From Eledone cirrhosa (Eukaryota), in NCBI GenBank assembly GCA_964016885.1, contig OZ024754.1:16678001-16742000 (forward strand): a stretch of 64,000 nt of DNA. Direction: 5' to 3'. The position numbers and the translations under genes are program-made. Positions 23,359 through 37,949 of the stretch are shown one piece after another. The stretch's first letter is position 1; the number at the start of each line of letters is the position of its first letter. The notes beneath the pieces are model-generated. The model ran no database searches. It worked only from the letters and a program-made list of their open reading frames with translations, and had not been told where the DNA came from.

Positions 23359-25399
23359 ACTAGGGTCAATCTGATTGACTAATCCATCCCCCAAAATGTG
23401 TGGTCTTTTCCCACCAATTATAATTTGGATTCTAAAGAAGTTATTATAACCCAGACACTTGTCAGATTATAAATAGAAACTTGTCTGATATATATAAAAC
23501 ATTAATTAATAACATCCATTTGTTGAACATAAGTATTGTAATGTAAGAAATTTCTTAAGTTAATAGTTTTGAATTTATTACGTATTAGAATTTTAGTCAA
23601 ACCATTTTTTGTTTCTATAATTCTAATGAAAAAACAAAAAAGTTGATGCTTTTCAATTAATTTTGGAAACAATCAAGAATTTAGCAGGATTTAGTAATAT
23701 AACTTTCTCATTATTAAACTAGTGTTTATAGCATTAATATAAATTCTGACATAAAATTATGATGGAAAATTTTTAGATAAAAAAAAAAACAAAAAAAAAA
23801 ACAGTTTCTAATGAAAGAGACTATCATGATTTTCAAATAATTTTGAAAATACTCAAAAATTTGGATGGATTTAGTAATATAACTAACTTTCTCATTATTA
23901 AGCTGGTGTTTGGAACATAACTTAACTTTTTCACATTTACATTACTCTATATTTACTATTATATTTTCATGGTAAAATCTTTACCTCACATAATTATCTC
24001 ACATGATATCAAGTCTATGGGATTTTGGTATTACTTATTTTGAGAACAATACCTTAACATCTGTATGAAGGGCCAATTTGAACAGACAGAGGTAAGAGAA
24101 TTCTGGCTGGATATGGCTGGTTTAAATGCTAAAGGGTTAACAAACCCTTATACATAGAATTATGATGGAAGGGTTTTAGATAATTATTAAACACTTTCAT
24201 ATAAGCAATTTTATATCATAGAACCAAGGGTACTTTCAGGTAGTTTGATATCAAAATCACTAAAATTTAGGTGTGTGATTAATCTGTATGCACCAAAGCA
24301 ACATTGAATTTCCCTTTTCTGTTTGTTTCTAAAATCATTTAATTATCAAAAATTTAGAGAAACACTGTCTTTTTGAGCAGTTGGTGTTCTCCTGGTGATT
24401 TCATAGCTGATACTATCCACTATTCAAACAGCTTGAGTATATCTCTTTAAAAGAAAGTAGCCAATCATCAGATCTGACCAAGGAAACTGTTTACATTGGT
24501 CATTTCATAGCTGGTATTATCTAGTGGTTACAACACCTGGCTGAAGATGGCAGAATTCCACAGGACCAGATCAGATACTAACTCATGAATAGTTCTGCAA
24601 ATCCACGGCCTCATGACTGGTACTTTAATATCACCAAATAAGATGAAAAACAAAGTTGACCTCAGCAGGATTTGAACACAGAGAGCAGTGATGAGCCAGA
24701 GTAGATACTGAGACCCTAATGACTCTCGCAGTTTGCCATCTTGGATTGTACAAGATGAACAAAAAAAGCAACAATTTTTCTTTAAAATAATTTAAAATTG
24801 GGATTTTGAATCATCATTCATCATCATTTCATTTTACGTCCGCCTTTTCCCTGCTTGCAAGGGTGGGACGGGAACTGATTCTGGCTTGATTTCTACAGCT
24901 GGATGCCCTTCCTAACACCAACCTCATTTACAGTGAGTGCTGGGTGCTTTTTTACCGTGCCACCTCCATGACCACTTTGCAGTGGAATGATATGAACCCC
25001 AGTCCCTATCATCTCATTTCTACAGCTGAGTAAACTGGAGCAATGTGAAATAAAGTGTCTTGCTCAAGGAAACAACACATCACCCGGTCTGAGAATTGAA
25101 CTCACAACCTTTCGATTGCAAGGCCAATGCTCTAACCACTAAGCCATGTGCCTCCACAAAGATTTTACAATCATTTTAGATTGATCGAAATGGTTATTTT
25201 GAGTTTTTGTTACATATATCGTCATCATCATCGTCATCGTTTAACATCTGCTTTCCCTGCTAGGGTCAGGCAAGTCATTAACAAGAGAGAGAGAGAGAGA
25301 GAGAGTATATATAAGAAAATTTAATTTCGCTGTTCTCACTCTACTTATGTATTGAGTACCTTATTTACTGTGGTTACCCCCGATTTCACCTGGGATCTA

Positions 25400-25434
25400 T
25401 ATATATGTGTAATATCATCATCATCATCATCATA

Positions 25435-25494
<60 letters not shown>

Positions 25495-25963
25495 GTGTAT
25501 ATATATCTATATGTATATGTATATATATATGTAATATATATATGTAATATATATATGTTTTATATATATATAAATATATATATATAGTTTATATATATAT
25601 ATATATGTCATATATATATATATATATATATATGTAATATATATATAATTTATATATATATATATGTAATATATATGTAATATATATATATATATGTAAT
25701 ATATATATATATATATGAAATTTATATATATATATATATGAAATTTATATATATATATATATATGTAATATATATATTTATATATATATATGTAATATAT
25801 ATATATATGTCATATATATATATATATGAAATTTATATATATATATATGAAATTTATATATATATATATATGTAATATATATATTTATATATATATATAT
25901 ATGTAATATATATATAAATATATATATATATATGTAATATATATAAATATATATATATATATG

Positions 25964-26002
<39 letters not shown>

Positions 26003-26023
26003 ATATATATATATATATATGTA

Positions 26024-26054
<31 letters not shown>

Positions 26055-26262
26055 ATATATATATATATATATATGTAATATATATATATATATATGTAAT
26101 ATATATATATATATATATGTAATATATATATATATATATATATATGTAATATATATATGTATATATGTAATATATATATATATATATATATGTAATATAT
26201 ATATATATATATGTAATATATATATATGTAATATATATATGTATATATATATATGTTATATA

Positions 26263-26304
<42 letters not shown>

Positions 26305-26371
26305 ATATATATATGTAATATATATATGTATATATATATATGTATATATATATATGTTATATATATATATG

Positions 26372-26402
<31 letters not shown>

Positions 26403-26403
26403 G

Positions 26404-26442
<39 letters not shown>

Positions 26443-26478
26443 ATATATATATGTATATATATATATGTTATATATATA
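25400..26478. repeat. Long imperfect (TA)n microsatellite; similar tracts at 27783-28400, 30529-30917, 32738-33345, 33962-34380, 35260-35582, 39250-40040, 41840-42555, 54983-55930
   Basis: Direct observation. Confidence 0.98.
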
Positions 26479-26791
26479 CCTTTCATTTATATATTTATAC
26501 TCGGATTTCTTTGCTAGAGTGCTTAAATTATTTGTGACTAATCCCGGTATTTTTTTATAAAAAAAAAAGCAATAATATTGCTTTTTGCTGAACTCCTTAT
26601 TGTAAAGTTTTTTTCGGAATGTTTTTGACTGTTGTTTCTTGTAAACAAACATTCGTCTGATTCTGACGTCACCAGCCCTGTCTTTCCACATGTGCGTTTT
26701 ATTTTCATAATCACGCATCATGGTGAACTAGCCTGCTTTTAATTCCCTTTTTGGCATATTAATCAGTGAGAAATTTCAGTTATCGAGTTGA

Positions 26792-26868
26792 GCTCTGCTG
26801 AGGATCGAATTCCAACCGTGACCATCTCTGAAAGTTTTCGTGAAATAGTCTTCAAGACTATATAGAGC
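26792..26868 (+). ncRNA. Type I hammerhead ribozyme with full stem III, inside a non-coding module (~26480-27120)
   Basis: GCTCTG-CTGAGGA-T-CGAA...TTCG-T-GAAA-TAGTCT(TCA)AGACTA-TA|TAGAGC; predicted cleavage after 26862. Confidence 0.85.
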
Positions 26869-27131
26869 ATTTGTAGTTTTTCCAAATTGAAGGATGAGTA
26901 TTTTAAACTTTATTTTATCATGAGTTAAGGCTCTATCGATTTTTCCCTGGATTTCACTAAATTCTGTTGAATGAATCTATATCCTGATTCTCTTTGAATT
27001 GAGTTTGAATTATTTTTCCCACATCTTACGTTAACTATTTTTCCCATTTTAACGCTATAATCACTTATATATTATGGAATACTGTTGGCTTTTTGCTACA
27101 ATATTTTCTATACCTTTCATTTATATATATA

Positions 27132-27174
<43 letters not shown>

Positions 27175-27190
27175 TATATGTAATATATAT

Positions 27191-27453
27191 AGTAATAATA
27201 ATAAATTTGAAGACTAAAATACAAAGAGGGCTCGATAAGGATAAATATATATCAAATATATAAGAACCGTAGTAATATATGTAATATATATATGTATATA
27301 TATATATTACATATATATTTATTAAAATAACAGATTAAAGTTTAAACAAAGAATCGCTGCTTTCACCCTTAACGGGATCTTCTGAAACTAACAAAGTCAA
27401 TCTGTAAACGCAGAAGTGGATATTTCAAAAACTTTGGTTCGTGGAAACGTTCG
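27191..27453 (-). mobile_element. Solo copy of the Penelope pLTR (direct repeat of 31573-31832) with variant hammerhead at 27331-27404
   Basis: Closely matches 31573-31832 apart from indels. Confidence 0.85.
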
Positions 27454-27489
27454 TTGGTAAATATATATATTAATATATATATATATATT

Positions 27490-27783
27490 TCATCATCATC
27501 ATCATCATCATCATCACCGTTTTACGTCCGTTCTTCCACGCTAGCATGGGTTAGACGGGTTGTCCTGTTGTGGTCGGCTGACCATGACTTGCTCATACAG
27601 GAACTGATTTGGCTTGATTTCTACAGCTGGATGCCCTTCCTAACACCAACCTCATTTACAGTGAGTGCTGGGTGCTTTTTCGTGGCGCCTACGCGTCCAC
27701 TTTACAGTGTGGGCTGGGTGCTTTTTTGCCGTGGCACCTCCACGACAACCTTGCAGTGGGGTGTGTGGGGGCATATTGTCTAT
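27490..27783 (-). mobile_element. RTE LINE 3' UTR fragment
   Basis: Reverse complement matches 16885-17170; (ATG)n tail. Confidence 0.9.
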
Positions 27784-27790
27784 ATTTATA

Positions 27791-27837
<47 letters not shown>

Positions 27838-27947
27838 TTATATTATATATATATATTTATATTATATATATATATATTATATATATATATTATATATATA
27901 TATATATTTATATTATATATATATATATATTATATATATATATTTAT

Positions 27948-27978
<31 letters not shown>

Positions 27979-28078
27979 ATATCTATTTATATTATATATA
28001 TATTTATATATATATATTTATATTATATATATATTTATATTATATATATATTCATATATATATATATATATATATATT

Positions 28079-28120
<42 letters not shown>

Positions 28121-28243
28121 TATATATATATATATATATATATTTATATTATATATATATAATATATATATTTATATTATATATATATAATATAAATATA
28201 TATATATATATATATAATATAAATATATATATATATATATATA

Positions 28244-28281
<38 letters not shown>

Positions 28282-28400
28282 AATATATATATATATATAT
28301 AATATAAATATATATATATATATAATATATATATTTATATTATATATATATATTTATATTATATATATATATATATTTATATTATATATATTTATATTAT

Positions 28401-30528
28401 ATCATCATCATCATCATCACCGTTTTACGTCCGTTCTTCCACGCTAGCATGGGTTAGACGGGTTGTCCTGTTGTGGGCAGTGTCTGGTCGGCTGACCATG
28501 CCTTGCTCATACAGGAACTGATTTGGCTTGGTTTCTACAGCTGGATGCCCTTCCTAACACCAACCTCATTTACAGTGAGTGCTGGGTACTTTTTTTCCGT
28601 GGCGTCTACACGTCCACTCTACAGTGTGGGCTGGGTGCTTTTTTTCCGTGGCACCTCCAAGACCACCTTGCGGTGGGGGGGCCCGGGGGCATATTGTCTA
28701 TATGCTTCAGCTTGTACCAATGGGAGGTCTACGCATCATACAGTCGGATACACGCATCATACAGTCTGCCTTTCATTCTGAGGGAGAAGCCTTTTGCAGC
28801 TAGCAGTGGTAGTAGTTCCCTAAACTTCTTCCATCCCATCCTTACCCTAGTTATTGCACTTTCTGAACACCCACCTCCGTTGCTAATTCGGTCACCTAGG
28901 TAGCAGAAGCTGTCAACTGTTTCTACAGGGCCCTCCCAGAGATTGGTGGTACTTGTTTCCTGTGGCTGTTTGCTGTTTGCTGTCTCAGCACAGCTGCTGC
29001 ATGTGAATCCTACATTCTTAATTAAGCTTCCTGAGATCCCGCTACATCTCTTGTGTACCCATTGTTTGTATTTGGGGCAGAGAATGGAGTTCCTACCTAC
29101 ACCTTTCCTACATACTGAGCAAGGCCATTTCCCTGAGGGGATCTGGGTTCTGTTTTCTCGTCTACTTACAAGGACCTTAGTCTTTGTCATGTTGACTTTG
29201 AGACCCTTTCTTTCTAGTCCCTGCTTCCAGGTTTGGAATTTATTCTCTAGTTCTACCATAGATTCAGCTATGAGTGCGAGGTCATCAGCATACAGGAGTT
29301 CCCATGGGTATCCGGTCTTAAACTCCTCCGTTATTGCCTGCAGGACTATGATGAACAGGAGAGGGCTAAGAACAGAGCCCTGGTGGACCCCAACCTGTAC
29401 ACTAAATTCCTCGCTATACTCATTGCTAATCCTAACTTTGCTGACTGCTCCCCTATACATGTCTTGTACCGCTTTCACAAGCTATTCATCTACTCCTAGT
29501 TTTCTAAGAGCCCACCAGATTACTGCACGTGGAACTCTGTCAAAGGCTTTCTCAAGGTCGACAAATGCCAAGTAGAGTGGCTTACTTTTAGCTAGGTACT
29601 TTTCCTGTAAATTGTCTCACAAGGAAGAGGGCATCAGTGGTGCCTCTTCCTGGTACAAACCCAAATTGCATCTCGTCTATTTTCACCTGGTCCCTAATCA
29701 GCTGTGCTATAACTCTTTCTGTTACTTTCATGACCTGGTCCATCAACTTTATACCTCTATAGTTTCCTCTATCTAGTGCATCGTCTTTACCTTTGTAGCA
29801 GTTGACAATGATGCTACTGCACCAATCTTTTGGTATGGCCCCTTCTAGTATTACCTGGTTAACGATACGTGTGGTTATAGTGTGACCTACAGACCCAGAT
29901 GCCTTCAGCATCTCGGCAGCTATACCCGATGGACCGGTTGCCTTCCCCATCTTCATATCTCTGATTGCCTTACTTACTACACTGCCGCTGACTTGTACTG
30001 CTGGTCCCTCTATAGGTTCTACTTGGAGTAGGGTCTCTTCTTCCCATGCATTCTCCTCATTTAGTAATCTATCATAATGACTCTTCCATGCATCTTTCTT
30101 CTCAGCACTTGTGAGGGCAAGCTCACCTTTATCATTCCGGATACACTTCTCTCCAATGACATCACAACTATCTCTGACACACTGCCTCGCAATCTTGAAC
30201 ACCTCCTGTTTCTGGTCCTCACGTTGTAAAACATGCTTGAATTTTCTATCCTCTGCTTCCCTCCTAGCTAAGTATACTTGTCGCCTAGCTTCCCTCTTGG
30301 TCTCTATGTAATGTACCCTGCTCCCCCCGTTCTTCCATTCTTTCCATGCCTGTCTCTTGGCCTTGACTGCTTCATCTACCTTATTGTTCCACCACCAAGT
30401 CACTCTCCTCCTGCTTGAGGTCTTACTCCAGCCACAGACCTCGTCCGTCGCCTCTAGTAAATTATTTTTTAGGAACTCCCAGTTCTCTTCTACATTAAAT
30501 GTCTCTATCTGTTCTTCTTTACTGTCGT
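28401..30528 (-). mobile_element. 5'-truncated RTE-BovB-type LINE, frameshifted, with internal 3' deletion
   Basis: TWWWN, NYRGIKL, QFGFVPGRGTTDALF, GVHQGSVLSPLLF, YADD and a Cys/His finger; 3' UTR and tail at 28401-28728. Confidence 0.96.
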
Positions 30529-30537
30529 ATATATATA

Positions 30538-30587
<50 letters not shown>

Positions 30588-31141
30588 ATATATATATTTA
30601 TATTAAATATATATATTTATATTAAATATATATATTTATATTATATATATATATTATATATATATTTATATTAAATATATATATTTATATTAAATATATA
30701 TATTTATATTATATATATATATTATATATATATTTATATTAGATATATATATTTATATTATATATATATATTATATATATATATATATTATATATATATT
30801 TATATTAAATATATATATTTATATTATATATATATATTATATATATATTTATATTATTATATATATATTTATATTATATATATATATTTATATTATATAT
30901 ATATATATATATATATAGTTATGTAATAAACAACATAAGGCAATTATTTCATTTACCAGTGGTTTCTTAAAAGCAAAAAAATGTTGCTTTCAATCATCAG
31001 AATGAAAAAATCCTGGTGTATTTATTGACGTTGGATTTTAAAAACAAAAATGCAATCTATATGAAAGTGACGCTGGAAAAGGAAGAAGGAAAGGAAAAAT
31101 AAAATAAAAACACACATGCAAACACACACACAATCATATAC

Positions 31142-31173
<32 letters not shown>

Positions 31174-31317
31174 ATACACACATAAATACACACATACATA
31201 CACACACACACATGTATATATATACATACACATACATTAAGCTCTGTCACCTACATAGAGCACTCTTTTTTCCTGGACTTTTCCGATGGAATTACTTCAC
31301 ACATATATATATATATT

Positions 31318-31355
<38 letters not shown>

Positions 31356-31572
31356 TATATATATATATATATATTTAAATTATATATATATATATATTTA
31401 TATTATATATATATATATATTTATATTATATATATATATAAATATTTATATTATATATATAAATATTTATATTATATATATATATATATTTATATTATAT
31501 ATATATATATATATTTATATTATATATATATATATATTTATATTATATATATATATATGTATATGTAATATA

Positions 31573-32710
31573 TAGTAATAATAATAAATTTGAAGACTAA
31601 AATCCAAAGAGGGCTCGATAAGGATAAATATATATCAAATATATAAGAACCATAGAGCAAATATTTATTAAAATAACAGATTAAAGTTTAAGCAAAGATT
31701 CGCTGCTTTCACCCTTAACAGGATCTTCTGAAACTAACAAAGTCAATCTGTAAACACAGAAGTAGATATTTCAAAAAACGTTGCAACCGGAGGAAGACAG
31801 GAAGACGATACTTTGGTTCGTGGAAACGTTCGCTATGCAAATAAGTAATGGTATAAACAAAACATATACTTAGCTCCCACATCAAGACGTAAAATATCCA
31901 CGTATAAATCGTACTATCCGTTAGGATATAACGTGGTGCTGTAATACAGGAAAGTTTTGTGCAATTTATGTTTACAAGCCGAAATTGCCTCAGATTTTTT
32001 GTTTAAGATGTGGTCTATGGCGTAGAGTATTTCCAGGGCCTCAGCGGCGCAGAGGTCACATGGTCTTTTATTTCCGTTATACGATCTAGCCCTAGCTAGG
32101 ATCTCCCAGTGTAACTTATATTGGGTGTGGTTGTCTTTTAGACTCCAGATATAAGCTGAAAGTGACGTCATATTCCTTCTTAGAGGGTAACAAAAAGAAT
32201 GGGTATGCATGTAAAGACGCTGCTTGAATCTATTGGCGGTTAACCCTATGTAGGCCCTACGGGACGTGGGTGTTACAACCTTACATTTGTAGACAATGTT
32301 ACTAGAGAGGCATTTCCCGGATAGGGGGCAATCAATCCGATTCCTACAATTACAGTTAGTACTAACTACAGGGTTGCACGTGTTCCTACGGCTAGGTAGT
32401 TTAGCTAAATTTGAAGCTGTGATGTTATGTGCAAGGTTAGGAGTCGTAGAGTAAGAAATTTTAATAGTATTTCTATTAAAAATTTTACTATATTTATGTG
32501 TAGGGAGAAAATGCTTCGTAATAAGGGAGAGAAAGATCTTAGCTAAAGGTGTGGCCACCTCCATATTATATGGTGGGTTATACCAACAAATGCGACGGGA
32601 TCTATTTCTTCTAGGTCTATTTTCGTACTATGTATATGCTACCTTATCGACAAATCCACTTTGAGCAAGAGCTTCATTGTAATAAGTGGAATGGTCGTTG
32701 AAAATATAGT
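31573..32710 (-). mobile_element. Penelope-like element 3' portion: GIY-YIG endonuclease plus pLTR
   Basis: KIFNRNTIKISYS...CNCRNRIDCPLSGKCLSSNIVYKC...YIGLTANRFKQRLYMH...TSLSAYIWSLK...CDLCAAE...LNKK (ORF 31914-32564); pLTR ~31573-31900. Confidence 0.93.
31677..31750 (-). ncRNA. Variant type I hammerhead (A4 core) in Penelope pLTR
   Basis: Minus strand: AGTTT-CAGAAGA-TCCT(GTTA)AGGGT-GAAA-GCAG(CGAATCT)TTGC-TT|AAACT, with a distal stem CAGATTGA/TTAATCTG. Confidence 0.6.
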
Positions 32711-33051
32711 AAAATATAGTAAAATATAGTAAAATTTTTATGTAATATATATATATACATAATATATATAAATATATGTAATATATATATACATAATATA
32801 TATAAATATATGTAATATATATATATACGTATATATATATATTACATATATATATATATATATTATATATATAATATATATATATATATATAATATATAT
32901 ATATATATATGTAATATATATATATATATATGTAATATATATATATATATGTAATATATATATATATGTAATATATATATGTAATATATATATATATGTA
33001 ATATATATATATATGTAATATATATATATATATGTAATATATATATATATG

Positions 33052-33088
<37 letters not shown>

Positions 33089-33155
33089 ATATATATATAT
33101 ATATGTAATATATATATATATATATATATATGTAATATATATATATATATATATG

Positions 33156-33194
<39 letters not shown>

Positions 33195-33213
33195 ATATAT
33201 GTATATATATATG

Positions 33214-33250
<37 letters not shown>

Positions 33251-33311
33251 ATATATATATATATATGTAATATATATATATATATATATATGTAATATAT
33301 ATATATATATG

Positions 33312-34116
<805 letters not shown>

Positions 34117-34137
34117 ATATATATATATATATATATG

Positions 34138-34360
<223 letters not shown>

Positions 34361-34380
34361 TATATATATACATATATATA

Positions 34381-34725
34381 TGGAGGAGGTTACTTGAAGC
34401 ATTGTGTAATGAGGTATAAACGTTTGTATATGTATAATAAAGCCAAAACAATGCAGATATGGACATAGAATAAAATGCAAATGCAAAAGATATTGTTGAT
34501 AATTAGTCTTTTACCTTAGATAATATCTCTTCTTCGGAGGGAAGTAAAGCGGTTAAACCAGTGTTCTAAATAGCTTGCCAAGTCTATTATCTCGAAAATT
34601 AAGGACATTTAAATAAATCTAAGGTAAAAGACTAATTGTCAACAATATCTTTTGCATTTGCATTCTTTATTCTATGTCCATACCTGCATTGTTTTGGCTT
34701 TATTATACATATACAAACGTTTATA
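34381..34725. mobile_element. Fold-back module inside (TA)n
   Basis: ~34415-34521 is inverted to ~34617-34724; shares TTGAAGCATTGTG with the 33346 and 17731 modules. Confidence 0.75.
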
Positions 34726-35058
34726 TATATATATATATATATATATATTAGCCTCTTAATTTTCTTCTAGTCTAATAGGTTTATTGGAGCCTGTAAGCTT
34801 TATGCACTCATTGAGGGATTTTCTAAGGTGCTTCTACGGGACCCCAAGTCTTTTAGTTTAATGTTGATGCGTAAATTATATATTTTTGTCTAATTTTTAA
34901 ACTTCAATCCCTGACCCCGACAACTAATATAAAAGAGCCCCCCTTAGAATATTGACCCCAACTATACAAGCGGAGTTGCTGATGTATACAACAATTTCAA
35001 ACTGCTACCCTTGAGTGATACGTTGATGTAAACAATGATCTTGCAATCACATGTTATA

Positions 35059-35105
35059 TGCCTTGATAAGTCCCACCATGGGGTCGGACGAAACGGCTGT
35101 CGGCA
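35059..35105 (+). ncRNA. Minimal type I hammerhead ribozyme, U3-A8 core, in module ~34750-35258
   Basis: TGCC-TTGATAA-GTCC-C-ACC(ATGG)GGT-C-GGAC-GAAA-CGGCTG-TC|GGCA, with AATAAA starting at the last base of stem I; predicted cleavage after 35101. Confidence 0.85.
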
Positions 35106-35256
35106 ATAAACTTGTTATAATGTCATAATAGTTCCTTTGTTCTTTTTCACTAATATTTCTGCTCTGCGTATACGCATAGAGCTTAACTAGCTACCGTCAC
35201 ATATTTGGTAAGTCAGACGTGATCATCGCGATTCACATACGACCTACCATACATCT

Positions 35257-35381
<125 letters not shown>

Positions 35382-35397
35382 ATATATTATATATATA

Positions 35398-35440
<43 letters not shown>

Positions 35441-35504
35441 ATATATATATTATATATAATATATATATATATATATAATATATATATATATATATAATAT
35501 ATAT

Positions 35505-35573
<69 letters not shown>

Positions 35574-35582
35574 ATATATATA

Positions 35583-35782
35583 NNNNNNNNNNNNNNNNNN
35601 NNNNNNNNNNNNNNNNNNNNNNNNNNNNNNNNNNNNNNNNNNNNNNNNNNNNNNNNNNNNNNNNNNNNNNNNNNNNNNNNNNNNNNNNNNNNNNNNNNNN
35701 NNNNNNNNNNNNNNNNNNNNNNNNNNNNNNNNNNNNNNNNNNNNNNNNNNNNNNNNNNNNNNNNNNNNNNNNNNNNNNNNNN
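35583..35782. other. Assembly gap (200 N)
   Basis: Run of N following a (TA)n tract. Confidence 1.
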
Positions 35783-36821
35783 AAGAGTATATAGTATAAA
35801 TAGGAGTTGCTATGTGAATGGTTCCAAACTGTATTGATCTCTTCTATTGGGCAACATCAGTGACAGGTAATCAAGATTAGTATGCATGGGCAAATGCTTG
35901 TCTTCTACACAAACACAAAAGAACATTCCTTGCTCAAGTTTGTGCCTTGGAGAGGAACTTTGCAGCTGCAACCCCGTAGTCAGCCCCTACAAAGGATGCC
36001 TTATTTATTGTGTTATTACCAAAAGAAAAGAAAAACAACCTTTTGTAGTATTTTCTGTTTTCATAAAACATGTCCACAGTCAGTATTAATATTTATTATT
36101 TATGTTCAGTATCTTTACAATGTTACCTTCAGCATGTAGCCTCAGGATTTATTTGTGTGTGTATGTGTATATATCTATATATCATCATCATCATCATTCC
36201 ATTTTATGTCCGCTTTTCCCTGCTTGCAAGGGTGGGACGGGAACTGATTCTGGCTTGGTTTCTACAGCTGGATGCCCTTCCTAACACCAACCTCATTTAC
36301 TGTGGGTGCTGGGTGCTTTTTTGCCGTGGCACCTCCACAACCACTTTGCAGTGGAATGATAGGCACTCCAGTCCCTATCATCTCATTTCTACAGCTGAGT
36401 AAACTGGAGCAATGTGAAATAAAGTGTCTTGCTCAAGGAAACAACACATCACCCAGTCTGAGAATTGAACTCACAACCTTTCGATTGCAAGGCCAATGCT
36501 CTAACCACTAAGCCATGTGCCTTCATATGTGTGTATATATATGTATATGTGTGTATGCATATGTCAATATATGTAATTGCTTCTACTTTTGGCACAAGGC
36601 CAGCAAAATACTCAGTACATTACTGGTACTTCATTTTATCGACCCCGTAAGGATGAAAGGCAAAGTTAACCTCGGCGGGATATATATATAATGTACATAT
36701 ATACATGTATGTATATGTATGTATGTATATATGTGTGTATATGTGTATGTATATATGGATATATATATTTATATACACTTTTATAAAGTTATATCTATAT
36801 AAATACTAATAAATATAATTA

Positions 36822-36859
<38 letters not shown>

Positions 36860-37193
36860 ACGAAGGAAATGTGGTAAGGAACCAGATGGACCATAACTCA
36901 CCAGAGTACTCAATACTGAGTTCTGAGTCCAGAAATAGCCGTCGAAACGGCTTGAGCTCTGCCGTCGGGGTCATACTTTTTCCTATATATATTTATATAT
37001 ATATATATATATATGTGTGTGTATGTGTATGTATATATGTGAATATATTTATGTATATATATATATTTTTATGAGGTTATATCTATTTAAATACTATAAA
37101 TATATATATGTGTGTGTGTGTATATATATACAGACACGCACAAAAACACGTGTTTATGTGAAAGTGGGGTATATATATGTATGAACTTGTGTT

Positions 37194-37227
<34 letters not shown>

Positions 37228-37274
37228 ATATATGTATGAACATGTGTTAACATATATATATATATGAACATGTG

Positions 37275-37317
<43 letters not shown>

Positions 37318-37642
37318 GTTCATTTATCAGTGTTGTTTGATTTACCCCCCTCCCCCCCCGCCCCACCCACCCACCCCTGCCTGCACCGATCACTACTAAC
37401 TCCCACAATATCACTATTCTGCTTTGGTTTTACTGTCAACAATCACTACAAGACAATATATATATGTCTTTGTGTGTGTGTGTTTTTATATATATATACA
37501 CATACACACACACATATAAATATACTCATACACGCATATATACATTTACATGTATATATATATATATATATACACACACATATATATATGTGTATATATA
37601 TATATGTATATCTATATATTTATCTATCTATCTATCTATCTA

Positions 37643-37701
<59 letters not shown>

Positions 37702-37783
37702 CTACCAAAATTAGATTAAACATACCATGTCTGAGAATATATATATATCTATCTATCTATATATGTATATATTCATATGTATA

Positions 37784-37822
<39 letters not shown>

Positions 37823-37839
37823 CTATATCTCTCTATCTC

Positions 37840-37892
<53 letters not shown>

Positions 37893-37917
37893 ATTTATTT
37901 ATCTATCTATCTATCTA

Positions 37918-37949
<32 letters not shown>

